A stretch of DNA of 64,000 nt, taken from contig JBBRTX010000016.1 of the NCBI GenBank assembly GCA_038244085.1, positions 19,736 through 83,735 on the forward strand, given 5' to 3'. Below are positions 26,677-36,871 of the stretch, in pieces. The stretch is from Bacteroidales bacterium. Its GTDB lineage: Bacteria > Bacteroidota > Bacteroidia > Bacteroidales > FEN-979. Below the pieces are notes generated by a model. The model saw only the letters and a list, made by a program, of their open reading frames with translations. It did not search any database and was not told the origin of the DNA. Numbering within the stretch: position 1 is the first letter of the stretch; each line of letters begins with the position of its first letter. Made by a program: the position numbers and the translations under genes.

Positions 26677-28086
26677 TTATAATAAGCCGTGGCTCAGGTT
26701 CAGGATAAACTCATATACCGGGCTTGCCATACCAATGACCACGATACCGGCGATACACATAATCAATCCCACCCTTGAATAGCCATCACTTTTAAAATAC
26801 GCAATGGGTTGATCGCTCTTGTTCAGGAACATGGCCTTTACAACGAGCAAATAATAGTAAAGTGAGATGATGGTATTCAGGACGGCGATGAAAACGAGCA
26901 GGTACATATCACGCTGGGCTGCTGCCGCAAAGAGGAAGAACTTCCCAAAAAATCCGGCAACGGGCGGAATGCCTGCCAGGGAGAACAACGCCAGCATCAT
27001 GGCGAGGCTGAGAAGCGGGTTGGTCCGGTAAAAACCATCGTAATCATCGATGCTTTCTTTCCCGGTTTTGTTATAAATGATGGTGGCAACACCGAAGGCT
27101 CCGAGATTTGAGAAGATGTAAACCAGCACGAAATAGATAACGGTAGTCATACCCAACTGGCTCTGCCCGATCATACCCAACAGGATGAAGCCTGCCTGTG
27201 CAATGGACGAGAAGGCAAGAAACCGCTTGATATTCCGCTGGCGCATGGCAAAAAGGTTCCCCAGCGTAATGGTCAGAATGGAGATCCCGTAAAGCAGATC
27301 GCTCCACATGGCGGCTATTTTACCAAAAACCGTAAAGAGGATGATGGTAAGGATAAATACGGCGGCGCCTTTCGAAACAACCGAAAGATACGAGGTGACA
27401 TTAAAGGGCGCTCCTTCGTAAACATCGGCAGCCCACAGATGGAACGGGACCAGTGAGATCTTGAAGGCCATCCCGGCAAAGAAGAAGATAAAAGCCAGGA
27501 TCTGCAAAGGGGTTATGGCAAAGACTGCTGCAACTTCAGAAAAATAGAGCGTTCCAACGGTTCCGTAGATCATGGAGAGACCATACAGCAGGATGCCGGA
27601 AGATAAGGCAGAAGTAAAAATCAGTTTAACGCCGGCTTCGGCTGATTTTTCTTTATACCGGTCGTAGGCAACCAAAGTAGCCAAAGGGATCGTCGCCAGT
27701 TCCAGTCCCAGGTAGAACATCAGGAAATCGCCGGAAGAGATCATGAATTCCATGCCGATGATGGTAGAGAGAAGAATGATAAAGAATTCGGAAATCTTCT
27801 CCTTGTTTTCTTCTTTTTTCAGATAGGCCACTGACTGAATGAATACGATGAGCAGCCCGATGTTCAGTATATTCTTCATCAGCAAGATGAGCGGGGTCGT
27901 ACCATACATACCCCCGAAGAGGGTGCCGGTCGGACAGGGCAGGAAGCCGATGATCGTTACCAGCCCAGTGAGGATAAGGGCCGGAAGAATGATTTTATGT
28001 TTTTTCCCGTTTGGCAGAAATATTTCCACGAGTAAAAGAAACACTGTGATCGCAATCAGCAGCAACTCATGTCTCATTATCAGCAT
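26677..28086 (-). CDS. nuoN: NADH-quinone oxidoreductase subunit N (operon 2)
   Basis: 469-aa polytopic antiporter-like subunit (FHLWAADVYEGAP motif). Last gene of operon 2. Confidence 0.9.
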   Translation of the reverse strand: MLIMRHELLLIAITVFLLLVEIFLPNGKKHKIILPALILTGLVTIIGFLPCPTGTLFGGMYGTTPLILLMKNILNIGLLIVFIQSVAYLKKEENKEKISEFFIILLSTIIGMEFMISSGDFLMFYLGLELATIPLATLVAYDRYKEKSAEAGVKLIFTSALSSGILLYGLSMIYGTVGTLYFSEVAAVFAITPLQILAFIFFFAGMAFKISLVPFHLWAADVYEGAPFNVTSYLSVVSKGAAVFILTIILFTVFGKIAAMWSDLLYGISILTITLGNLFAMRQRNIKRFLAFSSIAQAGFILLGMIGQSQLGMTTVIYFVLVYIFSNLGAFGVATIIYNKTGKESIDDYDGFYRTNPLLSLAMMLALFSLAGIPPVAGFFGKFFLFAAAAQRDMYLLVFIAVLNTIISLYYYLLVVKAMFLNKSDQPIAYFKSDGYSRVGLIMCIAGIVVIGMASPVYEFILNLSHGLL

Positions 28087-28132
28087 TGGTAAAAATTTTA
28101 TGTGATTAACTTCTTATTTTCTTTCAAAAAAA

Positions 28133-29641
28133 TTAATGCAGCGGTGAAGCCGTCAGCAAACGCTGAATGACGGGACCTACACCTCCGTGAATCATTTGCG
28201 ACAACCACAAAGGCGCCAGCCCGATTGCGGTAATGCCGAATATCAGCACACCGGTACTGAGTCTTTCATACCATTTGGCATCGGTCAGTTCCAGGTAATG
28301 ATCGTTCTTTATTTTTCCGAGAAGCAGGATGCCCACGACACGAAGAATATAGACGGCTGTTACCACGATGGAAGAAACCACGATGATGGTTGCCACACGG
28401 TGGAAAGTATCCACATTCTGGAAAGCGCCGACAAAAACGGTCATTTCAGCAACGAAACCGCTGAAGCCCGGTAAGCCAAGGGAGGCAAGACCACCGATGA
28501 CATAACAGACCGCCAGAAAAGGGATCACTTTCATCAAACCGCCCATTTCGTTGATGTAACGAGTATGCGTTCTTCCGTAAATCATGCCGATCAGGGCAAA
28601 GAAAAGGGCTGTCATGATACCGTGGGAGATCATCTGAAGGATCGCGCCGGTCATAGCCGTTTCATTGAACATCAGGATGGCAAAGAGAACCAGTGCGCAG
28701 TGACTGACGGAGGAGTAAGCATTAATGTATTTGAGGTCTTTTTGCCAGATGGCGCCAAAGGCTCCGTAGATCACACCGATGGTAGTGAGTATAATGAAGA
28801 TCCAGGCCAGTTCGTGGGCAGCTTCCGGGAGAAGGTATACGGCAACCCTAAAACAACCGTATCCGCCCAGTTTCATCAGTACCCCTGCATGAAGCATAGA
28901 CACGGCAGTTGGTGCAGAGGCATGACCATCGGGTGACCAGGTATGGAAAGGAAATAGGGCGCCAAGTACGCCAAATCCAATAAAGAGCAATGGGAACAAA
29001 ATCCGTTGCATTTCCATCGGAATATGAACCTTTGCAATTTCCAGCAGGTTGAAGGTAAGCTGTCCGCCTGAAGGATTTGAATAGAAGTACAATCCCAACA
29101 ATCCGACGAGGATGAGGGCAGAACCGCCCATCAGCATCAGGGTCAGCTTCATGGCAGAATATTCTTTCGGGCCGCTTCCCCAGATGCCAATCAGAAGATA
29201 CATCGGGATTACTGCAATCTCATAAAACAAAAACAAGGTAAAGAGATCGATGGAGATGAAGAATCCGAATACGCCGGAGGAGAGCAGGATCAGCGAGATA
29301 AAAAATTCCTTGTGAAGCTCTTTCACTTCCCAGGAGGCGAATATCCCGGCAAAAATGACAATGGAAGTCAAACCAATCATGGCGACGGAAACGCCATCCA
29401 CACCAACGAGATAATGAATGTTCAGGCTCGGGAACCAGAGAAGGTCTCTTACGAACAGCATCTGGGCGGTATTTCCGGCACTTCGTTCTGCCAGGAAAAG
29501 ATAGATCAGAAATGCTGCATTGAGCAACTGTATTCCCATCCCGATAGCAGAAACCAGCTTTACCTGTTTATGGTCCTTGCAAAAGAAGAGCCCGATGATG
29601 GTCAGAACAGGAATGACAATAAAGGAGGTCAGGATATCCAT
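28133..29641 (-). CDS. nuoM: NADH-quinone oxidoreductase subunit M (operon 2)
   Basis: 502-aa antiporter-like subunit (FPFHTWSPDGHASAPTAVSMLHAGVLMKLGGYG). Confidence 0.9.
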   Translation of the reverse strand: MDILTSFIVIPVLTIIGLFFCKDHKQVKLVSAIGMGIQLLNAAFLIYLFLAERSAGNTAQMLFVRDLLWFPSLNIHYLVGVDGVSVAMIGLTSIVIFAGIFASWEVKELHKEFFISLILLSSGVFGFFISIDLFTLFLFYEIAVIPMYLLIGIWGSGPKEYSAMKLTLMLMGGSALILVGLLGLYFYSNPSGGQLTFNLLEIAKVHIPMEMQRILFPLLFIGFGVLGALFPFHTWSPDGHASAPTAVSMLHAGVLMKLGGYGCFRVAVYLLPEAAHELAWIFIILTTIGVIYGAFGAIWQKDLKYINAYSSVSHCALVLFAILMFNETAMTGAILQMISHGIMTALFFALIGMIYGRTHTRYINEMGGLMKVIPFLAVCYVIGGLASLGLPGFSGFVAEMTVFVGAFQNVDTFHRVATIIVVSSIVVTAVYILRVVGILLLGKIKNDHYLELTDAKWYERLSTGVLIFGITAIGLAPLWLSQMIHGGVGPVIQRLLTASPLH

Positions 29642-29653
29642 TCTTTCAAAAGA

Positions 29654-31570
29654 TTAAAGAGTCCATAAATAAATGAATGCCAGAACCAGTGCAACCGCCC
29701 CGGTTACAAAAACCCATGCATATTGCTGCAGCTGACCGGATTGAAACCCCTTGATTCTGGTTGAGGCTTCATTCGTCACATAAGAAATGCCGTTCATGGA
29801 TCCATCGACGATATGACGGTCGAACCATGCCACCGGTCTTGAAACATGATCAAAGAGAATTTTCTTGGTGATAAAAAGATAGACTTCGTCAATATAAAAC
29901 TTGTGGTAGGCCGCCTGGTAAAACCTGCCCAGCATTGAAGACATTTTTGCAGGCAAACCGGTTTCTTTTTTATAGAAAAGGGTAGCGATCACGATGCCGA
30001 TCAGACCGACAGTTACGGCAGGAATTGCAACGGCCAGATCAATGTGCGAAGTGAATGACTTTCCATCGGAAGTGACCAGGTGTGAAAAAGGAATAAAACC
30101 GGCAAAGATGGCACCGAGTGCAAGAAGCATCAATGGGATGGTCATCACATAGGGTGCCTCATGCGGAGTGTGATGGTATTCGCGGTTATTGCCCCAGAAG
30201 ATTGAGTAATAGAGACGGAACATGTAAAAGGCGGTCAGTCCTGAAACGGTAAGTTCGACAACGTAAAGCAAGGTACTTTTCATCGCTCCGGCAGCCAGGA
30301 TTTCATCCTTGCTGAAGAAACCGGCCAGCGGCGGAATACCGGCAATGGCTAAGCAGGCGATCAGGAAGGTGAGATGCGTAATCGGAAGGTGTTTCCGCAA
30401 ACCGCCCATCTCCGTCATCAGGTTACTGTGAACGGAATGAATGATGGCGCCGGCTCCAAGAAAGAGCAAGGCTTTAAAGAAAGCATGGGTGAACAGATGG
30501 AACATACCAGCCATGAATCCCAGACCTGCTTCTTCTCCATACCCTGATACCCCCATGGCAAACATCATCATACCGATCTGCGACATGGTCGAGTAAGCCA
30601 AAACCCTTTTAATATCATATTGAGTACAGGCGATCACGGCAGCAAAAATGGAACTGAAGGCACCAACGTACATGACCACATCCAGAGCAACCGGGGCTGA
30701 GAAATGAAAGATCGGGAACATCCGGGCAACCAGGTAAACGCCGGCTACCACCATCGTGGCCGCATGGATCAATGCCGAAACCGGCGTTGGGCCTTCCATC
30801 GCATCGGGCAACCAGATGTGTAACGGGAACATGGCTGATTTACCGGCGCCGCCCATAAAGACGAAAATCATCGACCAGGTCATGGTAGAGAGGCCGAGGA
30901 ACATGATGCCGCTACCCTGGGTAATGGCCGCCCCATTGGGATCGGTCAGGGAGATAAAATCGAAAGTACCGGTGGTAAAGGAAAGCAACAGGATACCGAT
31001 CAGAAAACCCAGATCGGCAAAACGGGTAACGATAAATGCTTTTTTGGAGGCCGCAACCGCCGAATCTTTTTCATAATAAAACCCGATGAGCAGGAAGGAG
31101 GAAACGCCAACGAGTTCCCAGAAAATGTACATCTGAAAAATATTGGTAGCCACTACCAGGCCCAGCATTGAAAAGGTAAATAGCGAAAGGAAGGAGAAAA
31201 ACCGCATATAGCCTTTTTCGCCTTTCATATAACCGATGCTGTACAAATGAACCATGAAGGATACCGTTGTGACAACGATCAGCATCATCACCGAGATGGG
31301 ATCCAGCAGAACGCCCAAGTCGATATGCAGCTTATCGGTAAACTGTAACCATACTGTATTATACCCGATGATCTTCTGGAACGCTTCTTCAATTTTCGGG
31401 GTATTGGTAAAATACTGATAGGCGGTGTAATAGGATAACGCCATCGAGACAAATAAACCCGACGTTCCAACGATCCCTGATACAATGGGCTTGAATTTGT
31501 TTCCGAAAAATCCAAGCAGGACGAAAACAATCAGGGGTATCAGGACGATCCAAACAGTGTATGTGAACAT
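29654..31570 (-). CDS. nuoL: NADH-quinone oxidoreductase subunit L (operon 2)
   Basis: 638 aa (WELVGVSSFLLIGFYY, PLHIWLPDAMEGPTPVSALIHAATMV) with the long C-terminal extension typical of NuoL. Confidence 0.95.
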   Translation of the reverse strand: MFTYTVWIVLIPLIVFVLLGFFGNKFKPIVSGIVGTSGLFVSMALSYYTAYQYFTNTPKIEEAFQKIIGYNTVWLQFTDKLHIDLGVLLDPISVMMLIVVTTVSFMVHLYSIGYMKGEKGYMRFFSFLSLFTFSMLGLVVATNIFQMYIFWELVGVSSFLLIGFYYEKDSAVAASKKAFIVTRFADLGFLIGILLLSFTTGTFDFISLTDPNGAAITQGSGIMFLGLSTMTWSMIFVFMGGAGKSAMFPLHIWLPDAMEGPTPVSALIHAATMVVAGVYLVARMFPIFHFSAPVALDVVMYVGAFSSIFAAVIACTQYDIKRVLAYSTMSQIGMMMFAMGVSGYGEEAGLGFMAGMFHLFTHAFFKALLFLGAGAIIHSVHSNLMTEMGGLRKHLPITHLTFLIACLAIAGIPPLAGFFSKDEILAAGAMKSTLLYVVELTVSGLTAFYMFRLYYSIFWGNNREYHHTPHEAPYVMTIPLMLLALGAIFAGFIPFSHLVTSDGKSFTSHIDLAVAIPAVTVGLIGIVIATLFYKKETGLPAKMSSMLGRFYQAAYHKFYIDEVYLFITKKILFDHVSRPVAWFDRHIVDGSMNGISYVTNEASTRIKGFQSGQLQQYAWVFVTGAVALVLAFIYLWTL

Positions 31571-31603
31571 ATGTATGGAAATTAATTATTTATACTTTTA
31601 AAA

Positions 31604-31921
31604 TTAATATTTCATTTCTTCCATCTTCTCCACATCAATGGCAACCAGACGCCGGTAGATGTTGATGATGATGGCAATCGCAACGGACGCTTCGGCAGCA
31701 GCCACCGCGATGATGAAAATGGTAAAAAACATGCCCTCCAGGTGCTGCGGGTAAAGCAGTTTGTTAAAAGCCACAAAATTGATATTGACCGAATTGAGGA
31801 TCAGCTCAAGTGACATTAATATCGTTATGAGATTTTTTCTGACAAGAAAACCATAAACGCCTACAAAGAACATGATGGTTGCAACAATCAGAAACCAGTT
31901 TAAAGGAACACCGTCGAACAT
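31604..31921 (-). CDS. nuoK: NADH-quinone oxidoreductase subunit K (operon 2)
   Basis: 105 aa with 3 TM helices and the SLELILNSVNINF and AAAEASVAIAIIINIY motifs. Confidence 0.9.
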   Translation of the reverse strand: MFDGVPLNWFLIVATIMFFVGVYGFLVRKNLITILMSLELILNSVNINFVAFNKLLYPQHLEGMFFTIFIIAVAAAEASVAIAIIINIYRRLVAIDVEKMEEMKY

Positions 31922-31939
31922 GGGTTATCGTATTTTTCG

Positions 31940-32449
31940 TTAATCTTTTCTTTTCTTGGCAATAACAATCGAGCCGATCATAGCGGCCAGCAATAGGATG
32001 GAAATGACCTCAAAAGGAAGGGCATAGCCGAATTTCCCCGTATTCACCAGCGCTTTACCGATATCGTCGATGCTGGTTCTTGCTTCCGGCACAAGTGCAG
32101 TGGGAAAATTATACTGCAGGATGGACATAATACAAACCACCGCACCAAAGAGGGCGGCTAAAGCAGCAAATATCCGTTTTGTGACAGAAGGAAATTCCAT
32201 CTTCTGCCCTACGTGGCTGGTAAGCAGGATGGAGAAGATGATCAGCACCACGATTCCGCCGGCATACAGGGTAAGCTGAATGGCAGCCAGGAAGTTGAAC
32301 CGAAGCATAAAATAGAGTCCTGCCGTGGCCACAAGCACAAAAAGCAGATAGGTCGCCGATCGCAGGATTCTTCTGCTGGAAACCGTCATAATGGAAAATA
32401 TCACGATGACTGCGGCGAAAATGATGAACATCAGTTGATTGGGCGTCAT
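31940..32449 (-). CDS. nuoJ: NADH-quinone oxidoreductase subunit J (operon 2)
   Basis: 169-aa membrane protein with C-terminal LPFEVISILLLAAMIGSIVIAKK. 1-nt overlap with nuoI. Confidence 0.9.
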   Translation of the reverse strand: MTPNQLMFIIFAAVIVIFSIMTVSSRRILRSATYLLFVLVATAGLYFMLRFNFLAAIQLTLYAGGIVVLIIFSILLTSHVGQKMEFPSVTKRIFAALAALFGAVVCIMSILQYNFPTALVPEARTSIDDIGKALVNTGKFGYALPFEVISILLLAAMIGSIVIAKKRKD

Positions 32450-32928
32450 TATTCTATACCTTTTAATATGGATGAACCAGGTTGATTAAGGATTTTCGTG
32501 AGTTTGGTGCGATCAAAAACGGCATGTTCAAACTCCTGACCGTAAGCAAGGGCATTGCTCGGACAGGTTTTTACACACAATCCGCAGAAGGTGCACATCG
32601 ACAGATGATAAATGTGTTTTTCGATGATCCGCACTTTCTTTCCTTCCGGGGTCTCAATCCGGTTGGCGATGATCTCAATTGATCCGTTCGGGCAATTCAT
32701 TTCACAGATACCGCAACCGGTGCAGCGATGCTGATTATTTGCATCGTGTGGCATGATGATTTCTCCCTTGTAACGGTCGAACATCTTTAATGTCGCACGG
32801 TTCTCAGGATATTTCTGTGTGACGATTTGTCCCGGGCTGAAAAAATATCTCCCGGTAACGCTCAAACCGACAAGGAGTGACTTCACACCGAAAAAGATAT
32901 CTGAAAAATATTTTGTGACTTGATTCAT
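32449..32928 (-). CDS. nuoI: NADH-quinone oxidoreductase subunit I (operon 2)
   Basis: 159 aa with CTGCGICEMNCP and CTFCGLCVKTCP. Confidence 0.9.
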   Translation of the reverse strand: MNQVTKYFSDIFFGVKSLLVGLSVTGRYFFSPGQIVTQKYPENRATLKMFDRYKGEIIMPHDANNQHRCTGCGICEMNCPNGSIEIIANRIETPEGKKVRIIEKHIYHLSMCTFCGLCVKTCPSNALAYGQEFEHAVFDRTKLTKILNQPGSSILKGIE

Positions 32929-32937
32929 AGTTTTATC

Positions 32938-34026
32938 CTAAAAATGCCATCCCATTAAAACAATTAACGCCATTAATAAAATGTTGACCAAGTTGATTGG
33001 TAACAGGTATTTCCATTCCAGGTTCAGCAACTGGTCGATACGTAAACGCGGGAAAGTCCATTTGAACCACATCATTAAGAAGATGAGGAAGGCTGTTTTT
33101 CCAATGTACCAGATAAACGGCGGAATGAAATCCATGATATGATTGAAACCGACCCAGCCGCCGACATGGAACGGCATCCATCCGCCCAGGAATACGGTAG
33201 CGCCGATGGAGGCGACGATGAACATGTTCATGTATTCAGCCAGGAAGAAAAAAGCGAATTTGATCCCGGAGTATTCGGTATGATAACCAGCGGTAAGTTC
33301 CGATTCGGCTTCAGCCAGATCAAAGGGTCCCCGGTTGGTTTCGGCAGTGGATGCGATCATGAAGATGACAAAAGCTATCAAGGCGGAGATATGTCCCTTG
33401 AAGAGAAACCACCCGTCGGCCTGTCCTTCCACAATCTGTGAAAACTGCATCGTTCCCGCAAGAATGATGATGGTAAGCAGTGATAATCCTACCGAAAGTT
33501 CATAGGAGATGATCTGTGCTCCGCTTCGCATGGCGCCGATCAATGAATATTTGTTATTGGAGGACCAGCCTGCGAGCAAAACGCCCACCACGCCGAGTGA
33601 TGAAACGGCGATCACGTAAAGGATGCCAATATCAAAATCGATGGCATGCAATCCTTTGGCGAAAGGGATGGCAGCAATGGCCATGAACGAGGCGATAATC
33701 ACAATGAAAGGGGCAATGTTGAACAGGAGCTTATCAGAATTCCTGATCGTTATCAGCTCTTTCATCAGCAGCTTGATAAAATCCGCTATGGTCTGAAAAA
33801 GTCCGAGTGGCCCGACCCGGTTAGGGCCGAGACGATTTTGCATGAATGCACAGACTTTTCTTTCGGCATACACCAGGAAAAGGCCGACCACGGCATAAAA
33901 GAGCAGAAAGACCAGCCCGATGATGGTCATCTCTACCGTTATTGCCCAGAATGGAGGCAACAGATCGAAAAGCGCTTTATCGATCGCCTGCGTAAATGGG
34001 GTAAAGTCATAGATGCTGAAAGTCAT
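32938..34026 (-). CDS. nuoH: NADH-quinone oxidoreductase subunit H (operon 2)
   Basis: 362 aa with [16 protein letters not shown] and [25 protein letters not shown]. Confidence 0.95.
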   Translation of the reverse strand: MTFSIYDFTPFTQAIDKALFDLLPPFWAITVEMTIIGLVFLLFYAVVGLFLVYAERKVCAFMQNRLGPNRVGPLGLFQTIADFIKLLMKELITIRNSDKLLFNIAPFIVIIASFMAIAAIPFAKGLHAIDFDIGILYVIAVSSLGVVGVLLAGWSSNNKYSLIGAMRSGAQIISYELSVGLSLLTIIILAGTMQFSQIVEGQADGWFLFKGHISALIAFVIFMIASTAETNRGPFDLAEAESELTAGYHTEYSGIKFAFFFLAEYMNMFIVASIGATVFLGGWMPFHVGGWVGFNHIMDFIPPFIWYIGKTAFLIFLMMWFKWTFPRLRIDQLLNLEWKYLLPINLVNILLMALIVLMGWHF

Positions 34027-34038
34027 ATGCGATAGTTA

Positions 34039-35166
34039 TTATCTGTCAATATCCGGAATTACGAAATCTTGGGAAGCGCCGATAGCGACAAGGTCGGCAA
34101 TCTTGAATCCCCTGCTGATATGGTCGAGAACACTCAGGTTGCAATAGCTGGGTGAACGGAATTTCATTCTGAACGGGGTTTTGTTCCCATCGCTGATACA
34201 ATAAACACCCAGCTCTCCCCTGGCACTTTCAACCCGCTGATAATATTCACCGGCGGGCAGTTTGATCACGGCTTTCATCTTGGCCGAATAATCTCCTTCA
34301 GGGATATTATCAATCAGCTGCTCAATGATATGCATCGATTCATGCATCTCTTCCATCCTGGCCTGGTAACGGTAAAAGGTGTCACCTTCGGTATGAAGGA
34401 TTTCTTTGAACTCTACTTTATCATACATGGCATACGGATGAAGCTTGCGTACATCGCACGAAAAATTCGACGCTCGTCCGGACGGACCCGTAATGCCAAA
34501 ACTGATAGCGTCCTCAAGAGAAAGTATACCAATTCCTTTTGTACGTTCCTGGAAAATGACATTCCCGGTGAGGAGTTGGTCATAATCCTTGATCTTTTTC
34601 CGGAAATATTTAATAAAATCTTTTACCCTTTTCTGAAAATTAGGATGGATATCCATCATAAGTCCACCGGGCGTGTAATAGCTGTGGAGAAGCCTTGATC
34701 CGAAAGATTCTTCGAAAATGTCGAGAATGTGTTCCCGGTCGCGCAACCCATAAAAAAAGCAGGTCAGGCCACCAAGGTCCATCCCCATACTGCACCACCA
34801 GAGCTGGTGACTCTGGATACGGGTGAGTTCGTCGATGATAGTCCGGATGTATTTTACCCTTTCCGGAACCTCGATCCCAAGAGCGTTTTCAACCAAGAGA
34901 CAAACCGCGTGGTTGTTGATGTGTGCAGAAAGATAGTCCATCCGGTCAGTCAGGTGAATGAGCTGGGGATAGGTGTCTTTTTCGCACATTTTCTCGATGC
35001 CCCGATGGATATAACCGCAATGGGGTTTCAGGCTTTTAACGGTTTCACCCTGAAGCGAAACCACCAGCCGGAGCACACCGTGGGTCGACGGGTGCTGGGG
35101 TCCCATGTTGATGTGATATTCTTCTTCCTCGACGACTTGAACCGGGGTGTGAATTACTTCTTTCAT
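34039..35166 (-). CDS. nuoD: NADH-quinone oxidoreductase subunit D (operon 2)
   Basis: 375 aa with INMGPQHPSTHG and the C-terminal ...DFVIPDIDR. nuoH follows directly, with no nuoEFG in between. Confidence 0.95.
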   Translation of the reverse strand: MKEVIHTPVQVVEEEEYHINMGPQHPSTHGVLRLVVSLQGETVKSLKPHCGYIHRGIEKMCEKDTYPQLIHLTDRMDYLSAHINNHAVCLLVENALGIEVPERVKYIRTIIDELTRIQSHQLWWCSMGMDLGGLTCFFYGLRDREHILDIFEESFGSRLLHSYYTPGGLMMDIHPNFQKRVKDFIKYFRKKIKDYDQLLTGNVIFQERTKGIGILSLEDAISFGITGPSGRASNFSCDVRKLHPYAMYDKVEFKEILHTEGDTFYRYQARMEEMHESMHIIEQLIDNIPEGDYSAKMKAVIKLPAGEYYQRVESARGELGVYCISDGNKTPFRMKFRSPSYCNLSVLDHISRGFKIADLVAIGASQDFVIPDIDR

Positions 35167-35168
35167 AC

Positions 35169-35627
35169 TTAAAGTTCAATGATATTTACTTCATCTGTAT
35201 AATCTTTCCGAAGGGGATAACCTACCCAGTTTTCATCCAGGAATATCCTCCGGAGATCGGGATGGTTGTTAAAACGGATTCCCAGCAGGTCGTATACCTC
35301 CCGCTCGAGAAAATCAGCTCCTTTCCAGATATCGGAAACCGTATCGAAGGCGGGATTTACCCGGTCTTCGGTTTTAACCTTCAGCACCAATTCATGCCCG
35401 AATCGGGTAGATCTCAAATGATAAACCACCCCGAGGTACTTCACCATATCCACGCCGGTCAAACAGAAGAGGTAATCGAATTGGGTTTCTTCACCTTCCC
35501 TGAGCTGTTTTGCTACAGAATGAATCTGAGCTGAAGGAATGAAGAACACAGGAAATTGTGCATTTTCTTCGGCTTCGGCTTCAGGGGCAAGCAAGAGTAT
35601 TTTTTCTTTTAATTTTTCTCTGTCCAT
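35169..35627 (-). CDS. nuoC: NADH-quinone oxidoreductase subunit C (operon 2)
   Basis: 152 aa with EREVYDLLGIRFNNHPDLRRI. Confidence 0.9.
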   Translation of the reverse strand: MDREKLKEKILLLAPEAEAEENAQFPVFFIPSAQIHSVAKQLREGEETQFDYLFCLTGVDMVKYLGVVYHLRSTRFGHELVLKVKTEDRVNPAFDTVSDIWKGADFLEREVYDLLGIRFNNHPDLRRIFLDENWVGYPLRKDYTDEVNIIEL

Positions 35628-35635
35628 GGAAATCC

Positions 35636-36187
35636 TTATTTAGATTCTTTGGATTTGTTGTAATCGGTAACGCTGGCGAGTTTGATCTTTCGCTGCAGCT
35701 GCATCACGCCGTACAATAAGGCTTCCGGCCGCGGAGGGCAGCCGGGGATATAGACGTCAACCGGGATGATATGATCCACACCCCGTACCACGTGATAGGA
35801 GTTGTAGAAAAATGGGCCGCCGGAAACCGCACAGGCGCCCATGGCGATCACGTACTTGGGTTCCGACATCTGGTCGTACAACCGTTTGAGGACAGGCGCC
35901 ATCTTGTTCACGATGGTTCCGGCAACAACGATCACGTCGGCCTGGCGTGGGCTGGCGCGGTAAACTTCGATGCCGAACCTTGCAAAGTCATGCCGTGAAG
36001 CACCGGTAGCCATCATCTCGATCCCACAGCAACTGGTGGCAAAGGTCAGCGGCCATACCGAATTGGAGCGGCCCCAGTCGATGATATCGTCAATCGTGGT
36101 GAGCAGGATGCCCTGCCCGGTCTTTTTGAAGGTTTCGAGGGTTTCGTTATCCTTGAAATCTTCTTCTTTCATACTTTTTATTCCCAT
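35636..36187 (-). CDS. nuoB: NADH-quinone oxidoreductase subunit B (operon 2)
   Basis: 183 aa with [17 protein letters not shown] and PGCPPRPE. By eye it is only moderately similar to the operon-1 NuoB. Confidence 0.95.
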   Translation of the reverse strand: MGIKSMKEEDFKDNETLETFKKTGQGILLTTIDDIIDWGRSNSVWPLTFATSCCGIEMMATGASRHDFARFGIEVYRASPRQADVIVVAGTIVNKMAPVLKRLYDQMSEPKYVIAMGACAVSGGPFFYNSYHVVRGVDHIIPVDVYIPGCPPRPEALLYGVMQLQRKIKLASVTDYNKSKESK

Positions 36188-36528
36188 TTCAAAGCTCCTT
36201 TCTTCCAGGCATAAAGCAGGCCGACTCCGAGTACAAAAAAGAAAATGACGATTTCAACGAAACCCGTCATCCCAACCTCTTTCATCACTTTGGCCCAGGG
36301 GAAGATGAAGACTGTTTCCACATCGAACACCAGGAAAATGATGGCAAAAAGGTAATAACCTACGTTAAACTGCAGCCACGACAGGCCTTCGGTGGGTATC
36401 CCGCACTCGTAGGTCTCGGCTTTCTGCGGATTGGTGGAAGTAGGTGGTATGTAACTCGAGAACAGCAGGGCAATGCCAACAAGAAATGCCCCGACAATAA
36501 AAAACAGAATCAGGCTTTCGGCACTCAT
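36178..36528 (-). CDS. nuoA: NADH-quinone oxidoreductase subunit A (operon 2)
   Basis: 116 aa with ECGIP...[12 protein letters not shown]. Confidence 0.9.
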   Translation of the reverse strand: MSAESLILFFIVGAFLVGIALLFSSYIPPTSTNPQKAETYECGIPTEGLSWLQFNVGYYLFAIIFLVFDVETVFIFPWAKVMKEVGMTGFVEIVIFFFVLGVGLLYAWKKGALKWE

Positions 36529-36557
36529 ATGTTATTATATTAACAGAAAAGTTTACG

Positions 36558-36565
36558 CAAATGTA
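36558..36565 (-). promoter_or_regulatory. -7 box (TACATTTG) upstream of nuoA, operon 2
   Basis: TAnnTTTG match 29 nt upstream of the nuoA ATG, with a TTTG element about 17 nt further upstream. Confidence 0.4.
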
Positions 36566-36602
36566 GGATTTTTTTTGATTTCCAAACGTTTGTTTGTATG
36601 TA

Positions 36603-36610
36603 CAAATCTA
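36603..36610 (-). promoter_or_regulatory. Second candidate -7 box (TAGATTTG) upstream of nuo operon 2
   Basis: TAnnTTTG match 74 nt upstream of the nuoA ATG and about 45 nt downstream of the FNR-like palindrome. Confidence 0.3.
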
Positions 36611-36647
36611 AATATCAACGCTGTTTGGAATTATGTCAGTCAAGGGA

Positions 36648-36661
36648 TTGACATTTATCAA
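36648..36661. promoter_or_regulatory. CRP/FNR-family-like palindrome TTGAC-ATTT-ATCAA
   Basis: 9 of 10 match to TTGAT-N4-ATCAA. It overlaps a TGTCA-N10-TGACA inverted repeat (36634-36653) and sits upstream of nuo operon 2. Confidence 0.3.
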
Positions 36662-36830
36662 CTTTCAGAAGTGACAGGGTCTACCATAAATTCATGACAA
36701 AGTCCGGGAAACGAGGCTCGAATGATCTTCATATAAATTCACATTTTGCACTTCACATGTATTAATTAATCTCCATTATACCAGGAGGGTGATTTTCTTC
36801 TGATTCAGGCCTATGCCAGAAAGTAGTTAA

Positions 36831-36871
36831 AAAGTTAAATTTCACCGTAGTGGCGCAAAGTCGCAGCGTTC
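36831..36871 (-). repeat. Dispersed ~45-bp intergenic repeat, copy B (inverted relative to copies A and C)
   Basis: The reverse complement reads GAACGCTGCGACTTTGCGCCACTACGGTGAAATTTAACTTT, which aligns with copies A and C. Confidence 0.7.
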
